Shown here: piece after piece, positions 29,342-39,765 of the stretch | Layout: every line of letters starts with the position of its first letter | Position numbering within the stretch: the stretch's first letter is position 1 | DNA from: an uncultured Holophagae bacterium | GTDB lineage: Bacteria; Acidobacteriota; Thermoanaerobaculia; Thermoanaerobaculales; Sulfomarinibacteraceae | Assembly (NCBI GenBank): GCA_963754985.1 | Contig: CAVWIJ010000001.1 | Location: forward strand, 17,217-81,216 | Reading direction: 5' to 3' | DNA length: 64,000 bases | The notes under the pieces: model-generated | The model's input: only the letters and a program-made list of their open reading frames with translations | Told to the model about the DNA's origin: nothing | The model's database searches: none | Made by a program: the position numbers and the translations under genes

Positions 29342-30217
29342 TCACCGTGGGTACTCGAAGTCCAGCGACTTCGCCGCCATGAACGCCCGGATCATCCCGA
29401 AGAACTGCTTCGGCTTCTCGAGGTAGACGACGTGGCCGCAGCCCGGGATCTCCTCCCAGCGCGCGCTCGGCAGCAGCTCGAAGATCTTGCGCTGCTGCCA
29501 GAGCGGGATCGCGCGGTCCTGGCCGCCGACGATCATCAGGGTCGGCGTGGCGATCGCGCGGTAGCCGGGCAGGTTGTCGTCGAGCGCGGCGAAGAACGGG
29601 TCCTGCGCCTCGGTCAGCCGGATCAGGCAGTGCCGCGCACCGACGTAGCGGTCGAAGAAGCGCTGCCGCATCGCCTCCATCTGCTCCGGGGGGATCGCCG
29701 CCGCGAAGTCCTCGCCGAAGATCTTCTCGTACATGTAGTGGGTGTAGAGCTCGAACGCCTCCTCGCTGCCGCGGTAGAAGCGCAGCGAGATGTCCTGGTA
29801 CATCTGGAACAGCTTCTCGTGGCTGAGCAGGATGCCGGACAGGGTCATCGTGTGCAGCCGCTCCTGGTACGCCCGGGCGAAGTCGAGCGCGATGAAGCCG
29901 CCGTAGGAGATCCCCATGAGGTGCACCCGCTCCTGGCCGACCTCGTCGAGGATCAGCGTCAGGTAGCGGGCGAACTCCGGGATCGAGTACGGGACGTCGT
30001 CCTGGGACGACTGGCCCTGGCCGAGGAAGTCGTAGAGGACCACGTCGTACGCGTCGCTCAGCATGGGCAGGAGGCCGTACCAGGCCTTGGTGTGCATCGC
30101 GAGGCCGTTGAGCAGGCACACTGCCTCGCGCGTGCCGTCGCCGTGGTACTCCCACCACACCTTCTGGCCGTCGACCTCGAGGTGGCCGCTGCGCGTCGGT
30201 GTGATCTCCTGGTTCAC
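29342..30217 (-). CDS. Alpha/beta hydrolase
   Basis: GTG 30217 follows a GGAGGG RBS. Contains VCLLNGLAMH, GISYGG and GCGHVVYLEKP. Confidence 0.8.
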   Translation of the reverse strand: MNQEITPTRSGHLEVDGQKVWWEYHGDGTREAVCLLNGLAMHTKAWYGLLPMLSDAYDVVLYDFLGQGQSSQDDVPYSIPEFARYLTLILDEVGQERVHLMGISYGGFIALDFARAYQERLHTMTLSGILLSHEKLFQMYQDISLRFYRGSEEAFELYTHYMYEKIFGEDFAAAIPPEQMEAMRQRFFDRYVGARHCLIRLTEAQDPFFAALDDNLPGYRAIATPTLMIVGGQDRAIPLWQQRKIFELLPSARWEEIPGCGHVVYLEKPKQFFGMIRAFMAAKSLDFEYPR

Positions 30218-30224
30218 GGTGTCC

Positions 30225-30335
30225 CTCCCTCGCCCGCTTCCGCGTCCGCGCCCGCTCCGATTCCGTCTCCGGCTCGGTTCGAGGATCGGGAATCCGGGCG
30301 CGGGCCGGATGCGGGAACGGAAGCTGGGATCTCGT
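30225..30335. repeat. Intercistronic imperfect inverted repeat made of CCGNNN / CGGNNN hexamers
   Basis: GCTTCCGCGTCCGCGCCCGCTCCGATTCC faces GGAATCCGGGCGCGGGCCGGATGCGGGAACGGAAGC, between the thiolase stop and the hydrolase start. Confidence 0.7.
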
Positions 30336-30345
30336 GAAGCCGCCC

Positions 30346-31553
30346 CTATGCCCTCCGCAGCACGGTGCACACCGAGGCGCAGATCGGCCCGCCGATGTTG
30401 AAGGTCGCCGCGAGCTTGGGGTTGGGCACCTGGAGCGCGGGCCGGGACCTTGCCGAGCAGCTGCCACGCCGACCAGCCGATCATGGCGACGCCGGTGGCG
30501 CCCACCGGGTGGCCCTTGGCGATCAGGCCGCCCGAGGTGTTGATGCCGCACTCGCCCTGCGGGCTCGCCTTGCCGTCGACCCAGTAGGCGCGCGCCCTTG
30601 CCGTACCCCGCCTTGCCGATGACCTCGGCGGCGATCGCGCCCATCACCGTGAAGCAGTCGTGGACCTCGGCCACGTTGACGTCGGCCGCGCTCGCGCCGG
30701 CCATCTCGTAGGCGGTGGCCATCGCGCGGTACGCCCCCTGCGGCCGCAGTACGTCACGGCCTTCCTTGAGCAGCGGGTCGGTGGCCTGGCCGAAGCCGGC
30801 GAGCTCGACGCAGTCGGCCTTGGCCACTCCGAGCCGCTTCAGGCCCGTGTCGGTGGCCAGGATCAGCGCCGCGTAGCCGTCGGTGATCTGCGAGCAGTCG
30901 TAGGTCTTCAGCGGCAGCCCCTCGACGATGTAGCGGTTGCGGCCCTCCGGCGACGCGGCCTCGTCCAGGGTTACCTGCACCTTTTGCATCTGCGCGTAGG
31001 GGTTGTGGTTGCCGTTGGCATACTCCTGGGCCGCCACCGCGGCGAGGTCGCGCTCGCTGGCGCCGTGCGCCGCCATGTAGTCCCGCATCACCTCGGCGAA
31101 GAGGTGCGGAAAGACGTAGACCTTGCCGACGCGCTCGGCGGGGTGGCTGAAGTAGCCGAGCACCTTGCCGATCAGCGCGCCGTCCATCTTGCCCTCGTTG
31201 TCGCGCATCTTCTCGTAGCCGACCGCGATGCCGACCTCGCCCTGGCCGAGCAGTAGCTTGTGCGCCACCGACAGCACCGCCTGGCCGCCCGAGGCGCAGG
31301 CGTTCTCGACCGACTCGATCGGCTTGCCGCCGAGGCCCGGCACCATCGCCATCAGCCCGGCGAGCAGCCCCTGCTCGTTGAGCGAGAAGTTGCAGGTGGC
31401 CCCGATCGAGCCGACGTCGAGGGCTGCGGGCTCGACGCCGATCTCCTTGCACACCCCGGTGACCGCGTTGGCGACGATGTCCGGGACCTGCAGGTCGAGC
31501 AGCTTGCCGAACTTCGACTGGTGGTACGCGGCGATGTAGAGCTTCTTGGCCAT
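30346..31553 (-). CDS. Thiolase-family (SCP-x / lipid-transfer-type) acyltransferase, two frameshifts near 30595 and 30440
   Basis: Contains MAKKLYIAAYHQSKFGKL, VENACASGG (catalytic Cys), HDCFT, and GHPVGATG. After correction the tail is NIGGPICASVCTVLRRA. Confidence 0.8.
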
Positions 31554-31570
31554 GTCGGACCCTCCCTGCT

Positions 31571-31646
31571 TTCGATTCCCTTTCCCGTTGCCCTCACGGT
31601 CGCTGATTCCTCCGCGATGTTCCCTGCCACGGGAAAGGGAATCGAA
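31571..31646. repeat. Perfect 18-bp inverted repeat with a 40-nt loop in the AMP-ligase/thiolase intercistronic gap
   Basis: TTCGATTCCCTTTCCCGT (31571-31588) pairs with ACGGGAAAGGGAATCGAA (31629-31646). Confidence 0.85.
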
Positions 31647-31666
31647 GCACGCGTCATTTCAGCGTT

Positions 31667-33200
31667 TCACGCACCTCCCTCGAGGAGCCTTGCGAGCTCC
31701 GCCTTGACAACCTTGCCGTAGGGCGTGCGCGGCAGCTCGCTGACCGCGATGAAACGCTTCGGGACCTTGTAGCGCGCGAGTCGAGCGGCAAGATACTCCG
31801 AGAGTCCTCCCGCATTCAGCTCGGCGCACTCGCGCAGCACCACGAACGCGACCCCGACCTCGCCCCAGGTCTCGTCGGCCGCCCCGATCACCGCCGCGTC
31901 GCGGAGGTCCGGGTGCTGCAGCAGCTGGTTTTCGATCTCCGCCGGATAGACGTTGACCCCGCCGGAGATGAACATGTCCTTCGAGCGCCCGGCAATGAAG
32001 TAGAAGCCGTCGTCGTCCCGCAGCGCCATGTCGCCGGTGTGGAACCAGCCCTGGCTGTCGTAGACCTCGGCCGTAGCCTTGCGGGTTGTTCCAGTAGCCG
32101 GCGCTCACGTGCGGGCCCCGGAAGCAGAGCTCACCGACCTCGCCCGGCGGCAGCTCCTGGCCGCTCTCCGACACCACCTTGACCTCGGTGAACATCAGCG
32201 GCCGACCGACCGAGCCGGCCTTGGTGTAGGCCTCCTCGTCGGTCATCGTGAAGCAGTTGACGCCGACCTCGGTGAGCCCGTAGCCCTGGCGCAGCACCAC
32301 CCCGCGCTTCCGGTAGACCTCGATGAGGTGCTTGGGCAGCGGTGCGCCGCCGGAGATCAGCCAGCGCACCCGGCTGAGGTTGACCGTCTGGAACTCCGGC
32401 GCCTCGGCCAGGAGCTTCCAGATCGTCGGCACGCCAAGCACCACCGTGCACCCCTCGTCCTCGATCACCCGCCAGACCTCGGCCGCGTCGAAGGCCGCGT
32501 GCAGCACCAGCCGGCCGCCGACCAGCAGCAGCGGCGCCAGGAACGCGCCCAGCCCGCCAGCGTGGTACAGCGGCGTGAAGATCGAGCTGCAGTCGTTCTC
32601 GCCGAGCTGCCAGCAGGCGGCAGTGTTGTAGGCGTTCCAGGCGACCTGGCGGTGGGGAATGGCCACGCCCTTCGGCCGGCCGGTCGTGCCCGAGGTGTAG
32701 AGGAGGCAGTACGGGTCCTCGGGCCGGCAGCGCCGGTGCACCGAGCTGCCGGCGCCGCGGGTGAGCACCAGCTCCGCGACGTCGAGGTCATCGTCGCGGT
32801 CGCGCTCGTCGAGCGCGAGCCAGAAGTCGATCTCGACCCGCGGCCGCAACCGCCGCACCACCCCCCGGTGCTCGCCGTCGTAGATCAGTGCTCGCGGGCC
32901 ACAGTCCCGCACGATCGGTTCGAGCTCGCTCGCGGTGAGCCGGGTGCTCAGCGGCACCAGCACCACGCCGCTCTTGCCGGCGGCGAAGAACGCGTCCAGG
33001 AGCTCCACCCGGTTGTCCGACAGCATGGCGACCCGGTCGCCTGGACGCAGTCCGAGTCCGTAGAGCCACATCCGCGCGCAGCTCACGGCCCGCTGGTCGA
33101 GCTCGCGGTAGCTGTAGCGCCGGCCGTCGGCGACCGTTACCAGCGCGGTGCGCTCGGGCGACACCCTCGCCCGCTCGCCGAGGAGGTCGCCGTGGATCAC
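31667..33200 (-). CDS. AMP-dependent synthetase/ligase (acyl-CoA synthetase family), one frameshift near 32050
   Basis: Contains LLYTSGTTGRPKG, GYGLTE, and C-terminal KVPKRFIAVSELPRTPYGKV (ORF 31667..32029). The GTG start overlaps the upstream stop as GTGA. Confidence 0.85.
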
Positions 33201-34168
33201 GCCCCGCCCTCCGGCAGCGTCTCCGGCGCGGCCACCGGCGGCGGCTCGGCCAGCGCCTCGGTGAGCGCCTTGAGCAGCCGGTCCGGGCACTCACGGTGGG
33301 GCACGTGGCCGCAGTCCTTCACTGGGTGGAGCCGTGCGGCCGGCAGGCCCTCGAGCAGGTGCTGTGCATAGCTCATCGTGAACAGCTCGTCGGCATCGCC
33401 CCACACCAGCTCGACCGGCACCGTCACCTCGCCGAGCCGGCCGTCAAGGACGAACTTCTCGAGATCTCCTCCGGCCTGCACCAGCCCCTCTCCGAGCCGT
33501 GCCGCCGGTCCCACCTTCGCCTGGCGGACCACGTCGTCGAGCACGAAGTCCGGCGGCAGCACGGTGTTGGGCCCGAGCAGCGCCTTCATGGTCGCCCGCG
33601 CCTCCTCCCGGGTCCGCGGCAGGACGTTGACCCCGGGGTTTGAGTCTCGGACCGGGCCGCCATTGATCGCCACCAGCCGCGCCACCCGCTGCGGGTGCTC
33701 GACCGCATACAGGAACGCGATCCAGGCGCCCATCGAGTTGCCGACCAGAATCGCGGGCTCACCCGCGCAGCGCGCGTCCATCAGCGCCTCGAGGCCATCG
33801 AGCAGCTGCCCGACGCTGATCGGCCCCGTCCGCGGTTCGCTCTTCCAGTGCCCCGGGAGGTCGGGCGCCAGCACCCGGTGGTCGGCCACCAGCGGCTCCA
33901 TGATCCGCGCCCAGGCCCCCGCCTGGTCGCCGGCGCCGTGCAGCAGCACCAACGCCGGACCGCTGCCGCCTTCCCATACCGTCATCGTCCCGGCCGGCGT
34001 GGCCAGCTCCGAGGCCTGCAGGCCCCGCTTGCCCAGCGCCAGCCGGCTCATCCACGCGTCTACCGTCAGCGGCCGCTTCCAGAACAGCCACATCCCGGCA
34101 AGCAGCGGCACGACGACGACGGCAAGGCCGAAGCCGATCGCGAGCTTCAGGACGGTACGACTCTGCAC
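33197..34168 (-). CDS. Alpha/beta hydrolase with an N-terminal TM anchor
   Basis: Contains LKLAIGFGLAVVVVPLLAGMWLFW, LVLLHGAGD, GNSMGA and DCGHVPHRE. Confidence 0.8.
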   Translation of the reverse strand: MQSRTVLKLAIGFGLAVVVVPLLAGMWLFWKRPLTVDAWMSRLALGKRGLQASELATPAGTMTVWEGGSGPALVLLHGAGDQAGAWARIMEPLVADHRVLAPDLPGHWKSEPRTGPISVGQLLDGLEALMDARCAGEPAILVGNSMGAWIAFLYAVEHPQRVARLVAINGGPVRDSNPGVNVLPRTREEARATMKALLGPNTVLPPDFVLDDVVRQAKVGPAARLGEGLVQAGGDLEKFVLDGRLGEVTVPVELVWGDADELFTMSYAQHLLEGLPAARLHPVKDCGHVPHRECPDRLLKALTEALAEPPPVAAPETLPEGGA

Positions 34169-34219
34169 GCGGAAGCTACCTCCTGCACTCCCCGCCCACC
34201 ACCTTCCAGACCTCCTATG

Positions 34220-35220
<1,001 letters not shown>

Positions 35221-35325
35221 GCTGCCTCCTCCCGTCCCGTCCCCATACCGTACCCGTCGTTCCCGTTCCGCTCCCGAAATTGGGCGGTGGCGCGGAGTCG
35301 TGCACGGAGACGCGAACGGCCCGCC

Positions 35326-36112
35326 CTACGTCCCGACCACCAGCCCGCCGTCGACGCCAGGGTCTGGCCGGTGACGCAGCTCGCCGCGTCCGACGCCAGC
35401 CACACGTAGGCGTTCGGCGATGTCCTCGCGGCTGGCCCATCCGGCCGAGCGGCGTGTGGCCCACCATCCCCTCGAGCACCTTCTCCGGCATCGCGCTCAG
35501 GATCTCGGTGGCGATGAAGCCCGGCGCCACCGCGTTGACGCGGATGCTCGAACTTCGCCGAGCTCGCGCGCCCAGGTCTGGGTCATGCCGATGACCCCGG
35601 CCTTGGTGGCCACGTAGTTGGTCTGGCCGAAGTTGCCGTACAGGCCGACCACCGAGCACGCGTTGAGGATCGCCCCGCCGCCGCCGACGATCATGTGCGG
35701 CACCACCGCGCGCGTGCAGTTGAAGACGCCGCGCAGGTTGACGCCGATCACCGCCTCCCACTGCTCGTCGCTCATCGTCGCCACGACCTCGCCGTCCTTG
35801 CACTTGACGAGCTGGGCGTCGCGGACGATGCCGGCGTTGTTCACCAGCACGTCGATGCGTGCCCCAGCGCTCGATGACCGCCGCCACCGCCGCCGCCACG
35901 TCAGCGGCCTTCGCCACGTCGACCTTCTGGAACCAGCCGGTCCCGCCGGCGGCAGCGATCTCGGCCACCAGTGCCGCCGCGCCGGCGTCGTTGACGTCCC
36001 ACGCCGCTACCCGGCAGCCCTCCTCGGCGAAGCGCAGCGCGGTCGCCCGGCCGATGCCGGCGGCCGCACCGGTGACGATCACCACCTTGTCCTTGAGTCC
36101 GGTTTCAATCAT
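35326..36112 (-). pseudogene. Short-chain dehydrogenase/reductase (FabG-like), at least 4 frame changes as written
   Basis: Contains VVIVTGAAAGIGRA, LVNNAGI and YVATKAG (YxxxK) in ORF 35497..35850, [26 protein letters not shown], and the corrected tail VDGGLVVGT. Confidence 0.75.
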
Positions 36113-36221
36113 GGGTTTCTCCCCAACAAGCAGGGGGCGCACCGGTCGCCCGGCGCGCCCCCGGTCAGTCAGCTGATAAGCACGAAGCGTCTCCTGCGTC
36201 CCGCTCCCTTCTCCGTGCTCG

Positions 36222-39008
36222 CTAGAACCGCAGCCGCGCCCCGAGCTGGAACTCCTGCGGCCGCAGCGTGTCCAGGTATCGCCCGTAGCGCGTGTTCTCC
36301 ACGTAGGGAAGCGTCGGGTTGGTCAGCGTCGGGCCCGACAGAAACTCGCCGTTGTCGACCGTCGTGACATCCCAGTTGGTCGTGTCGAAGAGGTTGAAGA
36401 CCTCGGCGATGAGCTCGAGATCGGCGGAGTCGCCGAGCGGCAGAGTCCAGCTCAGCCGCGCGTCGAACTCGTTGAAGCTCGGCCCGTCCATCGAGTTGCG
36501 GCCGACGCCCTCGGGCCGATCGGACGCGAATCCGTCGGTGTTGTAGTCGTAGCCGAGCAGGTGGTTCCAGGGCTGGCCGCTGCCGTAGACCCAGGTGCCG
36601 GAGAACATGAAGTTGGCCGGCAGCCGGAAAATGCCGGAGACGACCACCCGCAGGTCCTCGGCCGACCGGCTCGGTCCCCACTCGGCCTCGGGATCGGCCG
36701 CATCGCTGGGGTAGCCCTCGGGGAACTCGGGGGTGAAATCGTCCGACAGGTTGTTCTTCTCGGCCCAGGTGATCGACGAGGTCAGCATGTGGCCGGCGCC
36801 GAAGGTGCCGTTGAGCGACAGAATCCCCGCCATGTACTCGGAGTGGCCGAGGTTGCTGCGGATGTTGATCGCGTTGTACGCCGGATTGATGCGTCCCGGC
36901 GTGTCGTTCCCTGCCCAGTTCGAGTTGAAGTTATAAAACTCCTTGTCGCCCTCGGCATAGAGGCCTTCGAGGTCGACGTACAGGCCACTGTCACCGAGGC
37001 GCTGGGTGAAGCCGAGGTTGACCTGCCAGCTCTCGGGCGCCTCGAGGCTGTCCTCGAGCAGGATGACGCTCTGGGGCAGCGCGATGCCTGTGTTCTCCGG
37101 GTCCGCCGGGTCGAGGACGTACGGGGGAAACGGAAGACCCACGAACAGGCCGTTCAGGTTCTGATGGGTGATCCAGCCGGTGGTGCCGTTCTGCTGCAGC
37201 TCCTGGAGCGCCGGAACCAGCAGGTAGCGGCCGGTGAAGACGCCGGCGCCAGCGCGCATCACGCTCTTGCCGTTGTTGCCGAAATCCCATGAGAGACCGA
37301 GCCGCGGCTGGAAGTTGTCCTCGTCGACCGCCCGCTGGCCGGTCATCGGGTTGACGAAGTCCGGGTTGTTGCCGTCGGTGTCGTAGTCGTAGCGCAGGCC
37401 GAGGCTGAGGGTCACGTTCGGCCGCATCCGCCAGTCGTCCTGGATGAAGCCCGACAGCACACTGGTGTCGGTGGTGACGTTGCTCGAGCCCTCGCCCCAG
37501 GTGTACGCGAGCGGCAGGCTGCGATCGTCAGTCACGTAGATCATCAGCCCATACTGGTAGGTGTCGATCCGCGACTGCTCCTCGACCGCGAACCAGGCGG
37601 CGCCGAGCTTCCAGTCGTGGGTGCTGCGGCCGGTGGTCGACTGGAGGTGGAAGGTGTCACGCACCTCCCAGTACGAGCCGTAGCCGATAAGGTCGCCGAT
37701 CGTGTTGCCGCCGATCTTGAGCGTGTTGCCGCTCGAGAACCACTCCTCGACGTCATCCGAGTTTGTCGGCTCCTCGTAGTCGCGGTCGCCGATCTGGAAG
37801 CGCAGCTCGTTGAGCCGGCTGCCATCGCCGAACACGCTGGTCAGGCCGAGCACCGTGTTCCAGTTGTCGCGGTCGAGCGCTTGTCCGTTGGAGATGTCGT
37901 TCACGCCGCCGACCCGGTAGTTGTCCTGCCGGTACTGCTCGTACATCCCCTTGAAGAAGCCGGTCGAGGAACCGCTGAACTGGTGGTCGAGGCTGAAGCT
38001 CGCCAGCTCCTGTTCGATCGGCAGGTCGTAGTTTGTGGCGAGGTCGACAAAGGCACCGCCGGGCCGGAACCGGGCCACGTCAGACACGTCGATGTACTCG
38101 ATCGCGAGGAAGTAGTGGGTCTTGTCGCGGACGATCGGCCCGCCCAACGTGGCACCCAGCTGATAGCGCTCGTACGGCGGCTTCTCGGCGTCCACCTCCT
38201 TCTTCGCGCGCATCGAGTCGTCGCGGTAGAAGCCGTAGACCGAGCCATGGACCTCGTTCGTTCCCGACTTGGTGACCACCGACAGTGCGCCGCCCTGGGA
38301 GCCGCCGATCTCGCTGTCGAAGCGGCTCGTCACGACCCGGAACTCGCGGATGGCGTCCTGGGAGAAGCGCGCGCGCGACAGGCCGAGCGCCTGGTCGGTG
38401 AAGTCGACACCGTCAACCTGGATCGAGGTCTGCGAGGCGTTGCCGCCCGCGCCCACCACCGGCGAGTTCTGAATGAAGCGGAACGACCCGACCTCCCGCT
38501 GCACGCCCGGCGCAATGAAGGCCAAACGCTCGAAGTCGCGGTCGGCCACCGGCAGGTTCTCGATCTGCTCGGGCACGATGTTGGTCGACGAATCGGTCTT
38601 GAGCACGTCCACCATTGGGACCTCGGCGGTGACCACTATCGTCTCCGACATCTGGACCTGCATCGTGAACTCGAGGCGCGCGGTCTGGCCGACGCGAATC
38701 ACCACCTCCTGGTCGGTGATCGGCGCGAAGCCCTCGAGATTGCCGCTCACCGCGTACGGCCCGGGCGGCAACGCCGGGAACACCGCCCGGCCGAACTCAT
38801 CGGCCACACCGACGCGGTCGTTGCCAGTGTCGGTGTTGCGCACTTGCACCGTCACTCCCGGCATGGCGAGACCCTGCTGGTCGAAGGTCAGCACCTCGAT
38901 CATGCCGGTGCTGACCTGCGCCGCGGCCGGTAGCGCCACTGCAAGCGCAGCGGCGAGCACGGCCAGCGGCAGCCAACTTCTGATGTTCCGATTCTCCTGT
39001 CGCATCAT
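36222..39008 (-). CDS. TonB-dependent receptor with an N-terminal carboxypeptidase-regulatory-like domain (Oar-like)
   Basis: 928 aa and intact. It has a signal peptide, a CarboxypepD_reg-like stretch GVTVQVRNTDTGNDRVGVADEFGRAVFPALPPGPYAVSG, plug and barrel regions, and terminal GARLRF. Confidence 0.85.
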   Translation of the reverse strand: MMRQENRNIRSWLPLAVLAAALAVALPAAAQVSTGMIEVLTFDQQGLAMPGVTVQVRNTDTGNDRVGVADEFGRAVFPALPPGPYAVSGNLEGFAPITDQEVVIRVGQTARLEFTMQVQMSETIVVTAEVPMVDVLKTDSSTNIVPEQIENLPVADRDFERLAFIAPGVQREVGSFRFIQNSPVVGAGGNASQTSIQVDGVDFTDQALGLSRARFSQDAIREFRVVTSRFDSEIGGSQGGALSVVTKSGTNEVHGSVYGFYRDDSMRAKKEVDAEKPPYERYQLGATLGGPIVRDKTHYFLAIEYIDVSDVARFRPGGAFVDLATNYDLPIEQELASFSLDHQFSGSSTGFFKGMYEQYRQDNYRVGGVNDISNGQALDRDNWNTVLGLTSVFGDGSRLNELRFQIGDRDYEEPTNSDDVEEWFSSGNTLKIGGNTIGDLIGYGSYWEVRDTFHLQSTTGRSTHDWKLGAAWFAVEEQSRIDTYQYGLMIYVTDDRSLPLAYTWGEGSSNVTTDTSVLSGFIQDDWRMRPNVTLSLGLRYDYDTDGNNPDFVNPMTGQRAVDEDNFQPRLGLSWDFGNNGKSVMRAGAGVFTGRYLLVPALQELQQNGTTGWITHQNLNGLFVGLPFPPYVLDPADPENTGIALPQSVILLEDSLEAPESWQVNLGFTQRLGDSGLYVDLEGLYAEGDKEFYNFNSNWAGNDTPGRINPAYNAINIRSNLGHSEYMAGILSLNGTFGAGHMLTSSITWAEKNNLSDDFTPEFPEGYPSDAADPEAEWGPSRSAEDLRVVVSGIFRLPANFMFSGTWVYGSGQPWNHLLGYDYNTDGFASDRPEGVGRNSMDGPSFNEFDARLSWTLPLGDSADLELIAEVFNLFDTTNWDVTTVDNGEFLSGPTLTNPTLPYVENTRYGRYLDTLRPQEFQLGARLRF

Positions 39009-39020
39009 GACGTCCTCCCG

Positions 39021-39701
39021 TCAGGTTGCCTCCACCGCGGTGGCTGTCCCGGGGAGGTCGGCCCTCGCCGCCGCCGTCCCGGGCAGCACCCCGAGGCGAA
39101 GAATCCGAATGAACTCCTTCACCGCCTCGCGCGGCGCCATGCCGAAGTGCATGGGCACGCCGAAGCACTTCTCGACCGTGAAGTAGTAGAAGAGCCACCG
39201 CGTCGCGAGCATCACCGCCACCAGCGCGTTCGCATCGCCGAGGCGGCCCTCGTGCCGCTTGCGCGCGAAGTTCGTCTCGTAGGCCGCGGCGAAGCGCGCC
39301 GGCATGGCCTCGTAGAAGGCGTGGATGTGGCGGCCGCGGAACTCGATGACGTCGATGAAGATCAGCATGATGTAGGGAGCGTACGCGTCGACGCTGCGCT
39401 CGATCAGCGTTGCCATTTCCTCGAGGTCGTCGGGGAAGTCGGCCCGCTCGAAGAGCTGCTGCAGCTCGTCCTTCGGGTCCAGCAGCTTCTGCCAGTACTC
39501 GTCGAGCAGCTTCTGGTAGATGGTCTCCTTGGACCCGAAGTGGTGGTAGAGGTTGCCGAGCGAGACCCCGGCCTTCTGCGAGATCTGCCGCATCGAGGTG
39601 GCGCCGTAGCCCTGGGTGGAGAAGAGCTCGAGGGCCGCCTCCCGGGCGCGCGCCATCGCCGCCTCGGATCGTTCGGCCTGTCGTCCGTTGGAGCCCACCA
39701 C
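39021..39701 (-). CDS. TetR family transcriptional regulator
   Basis: HTH region is AALELFSTQGYGATSMRQISQKAGVSLGNLYHHFGSKE. Confidence 0.85.
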   Translation of the reverse strand: MVGSNGRQAERSEAAMARAREAALELFSTQGYGATSMRQISQKAGVSLGNLYHHFGSKETIYQKLLDEYWQKLLDPKDELQQLFERADFPDDLEEMATLIERSVDAYAPYIMLIFIDVIEFRGRHIHAFYEAMPARFAAAYETNFARKRHEGRLGDANALVAVMLATRWLFYYFTVEKCFGVPMHFGMAPREAVKEFIRILRLGVLPGTAAARADLPGTATAVEAT

Positions 39702-39765
39702 TCGCTCCTCTTACAAATCGAACGCTCGTTCTGTAATTGAAAATATGGACCGAAACCGGAGAAAG

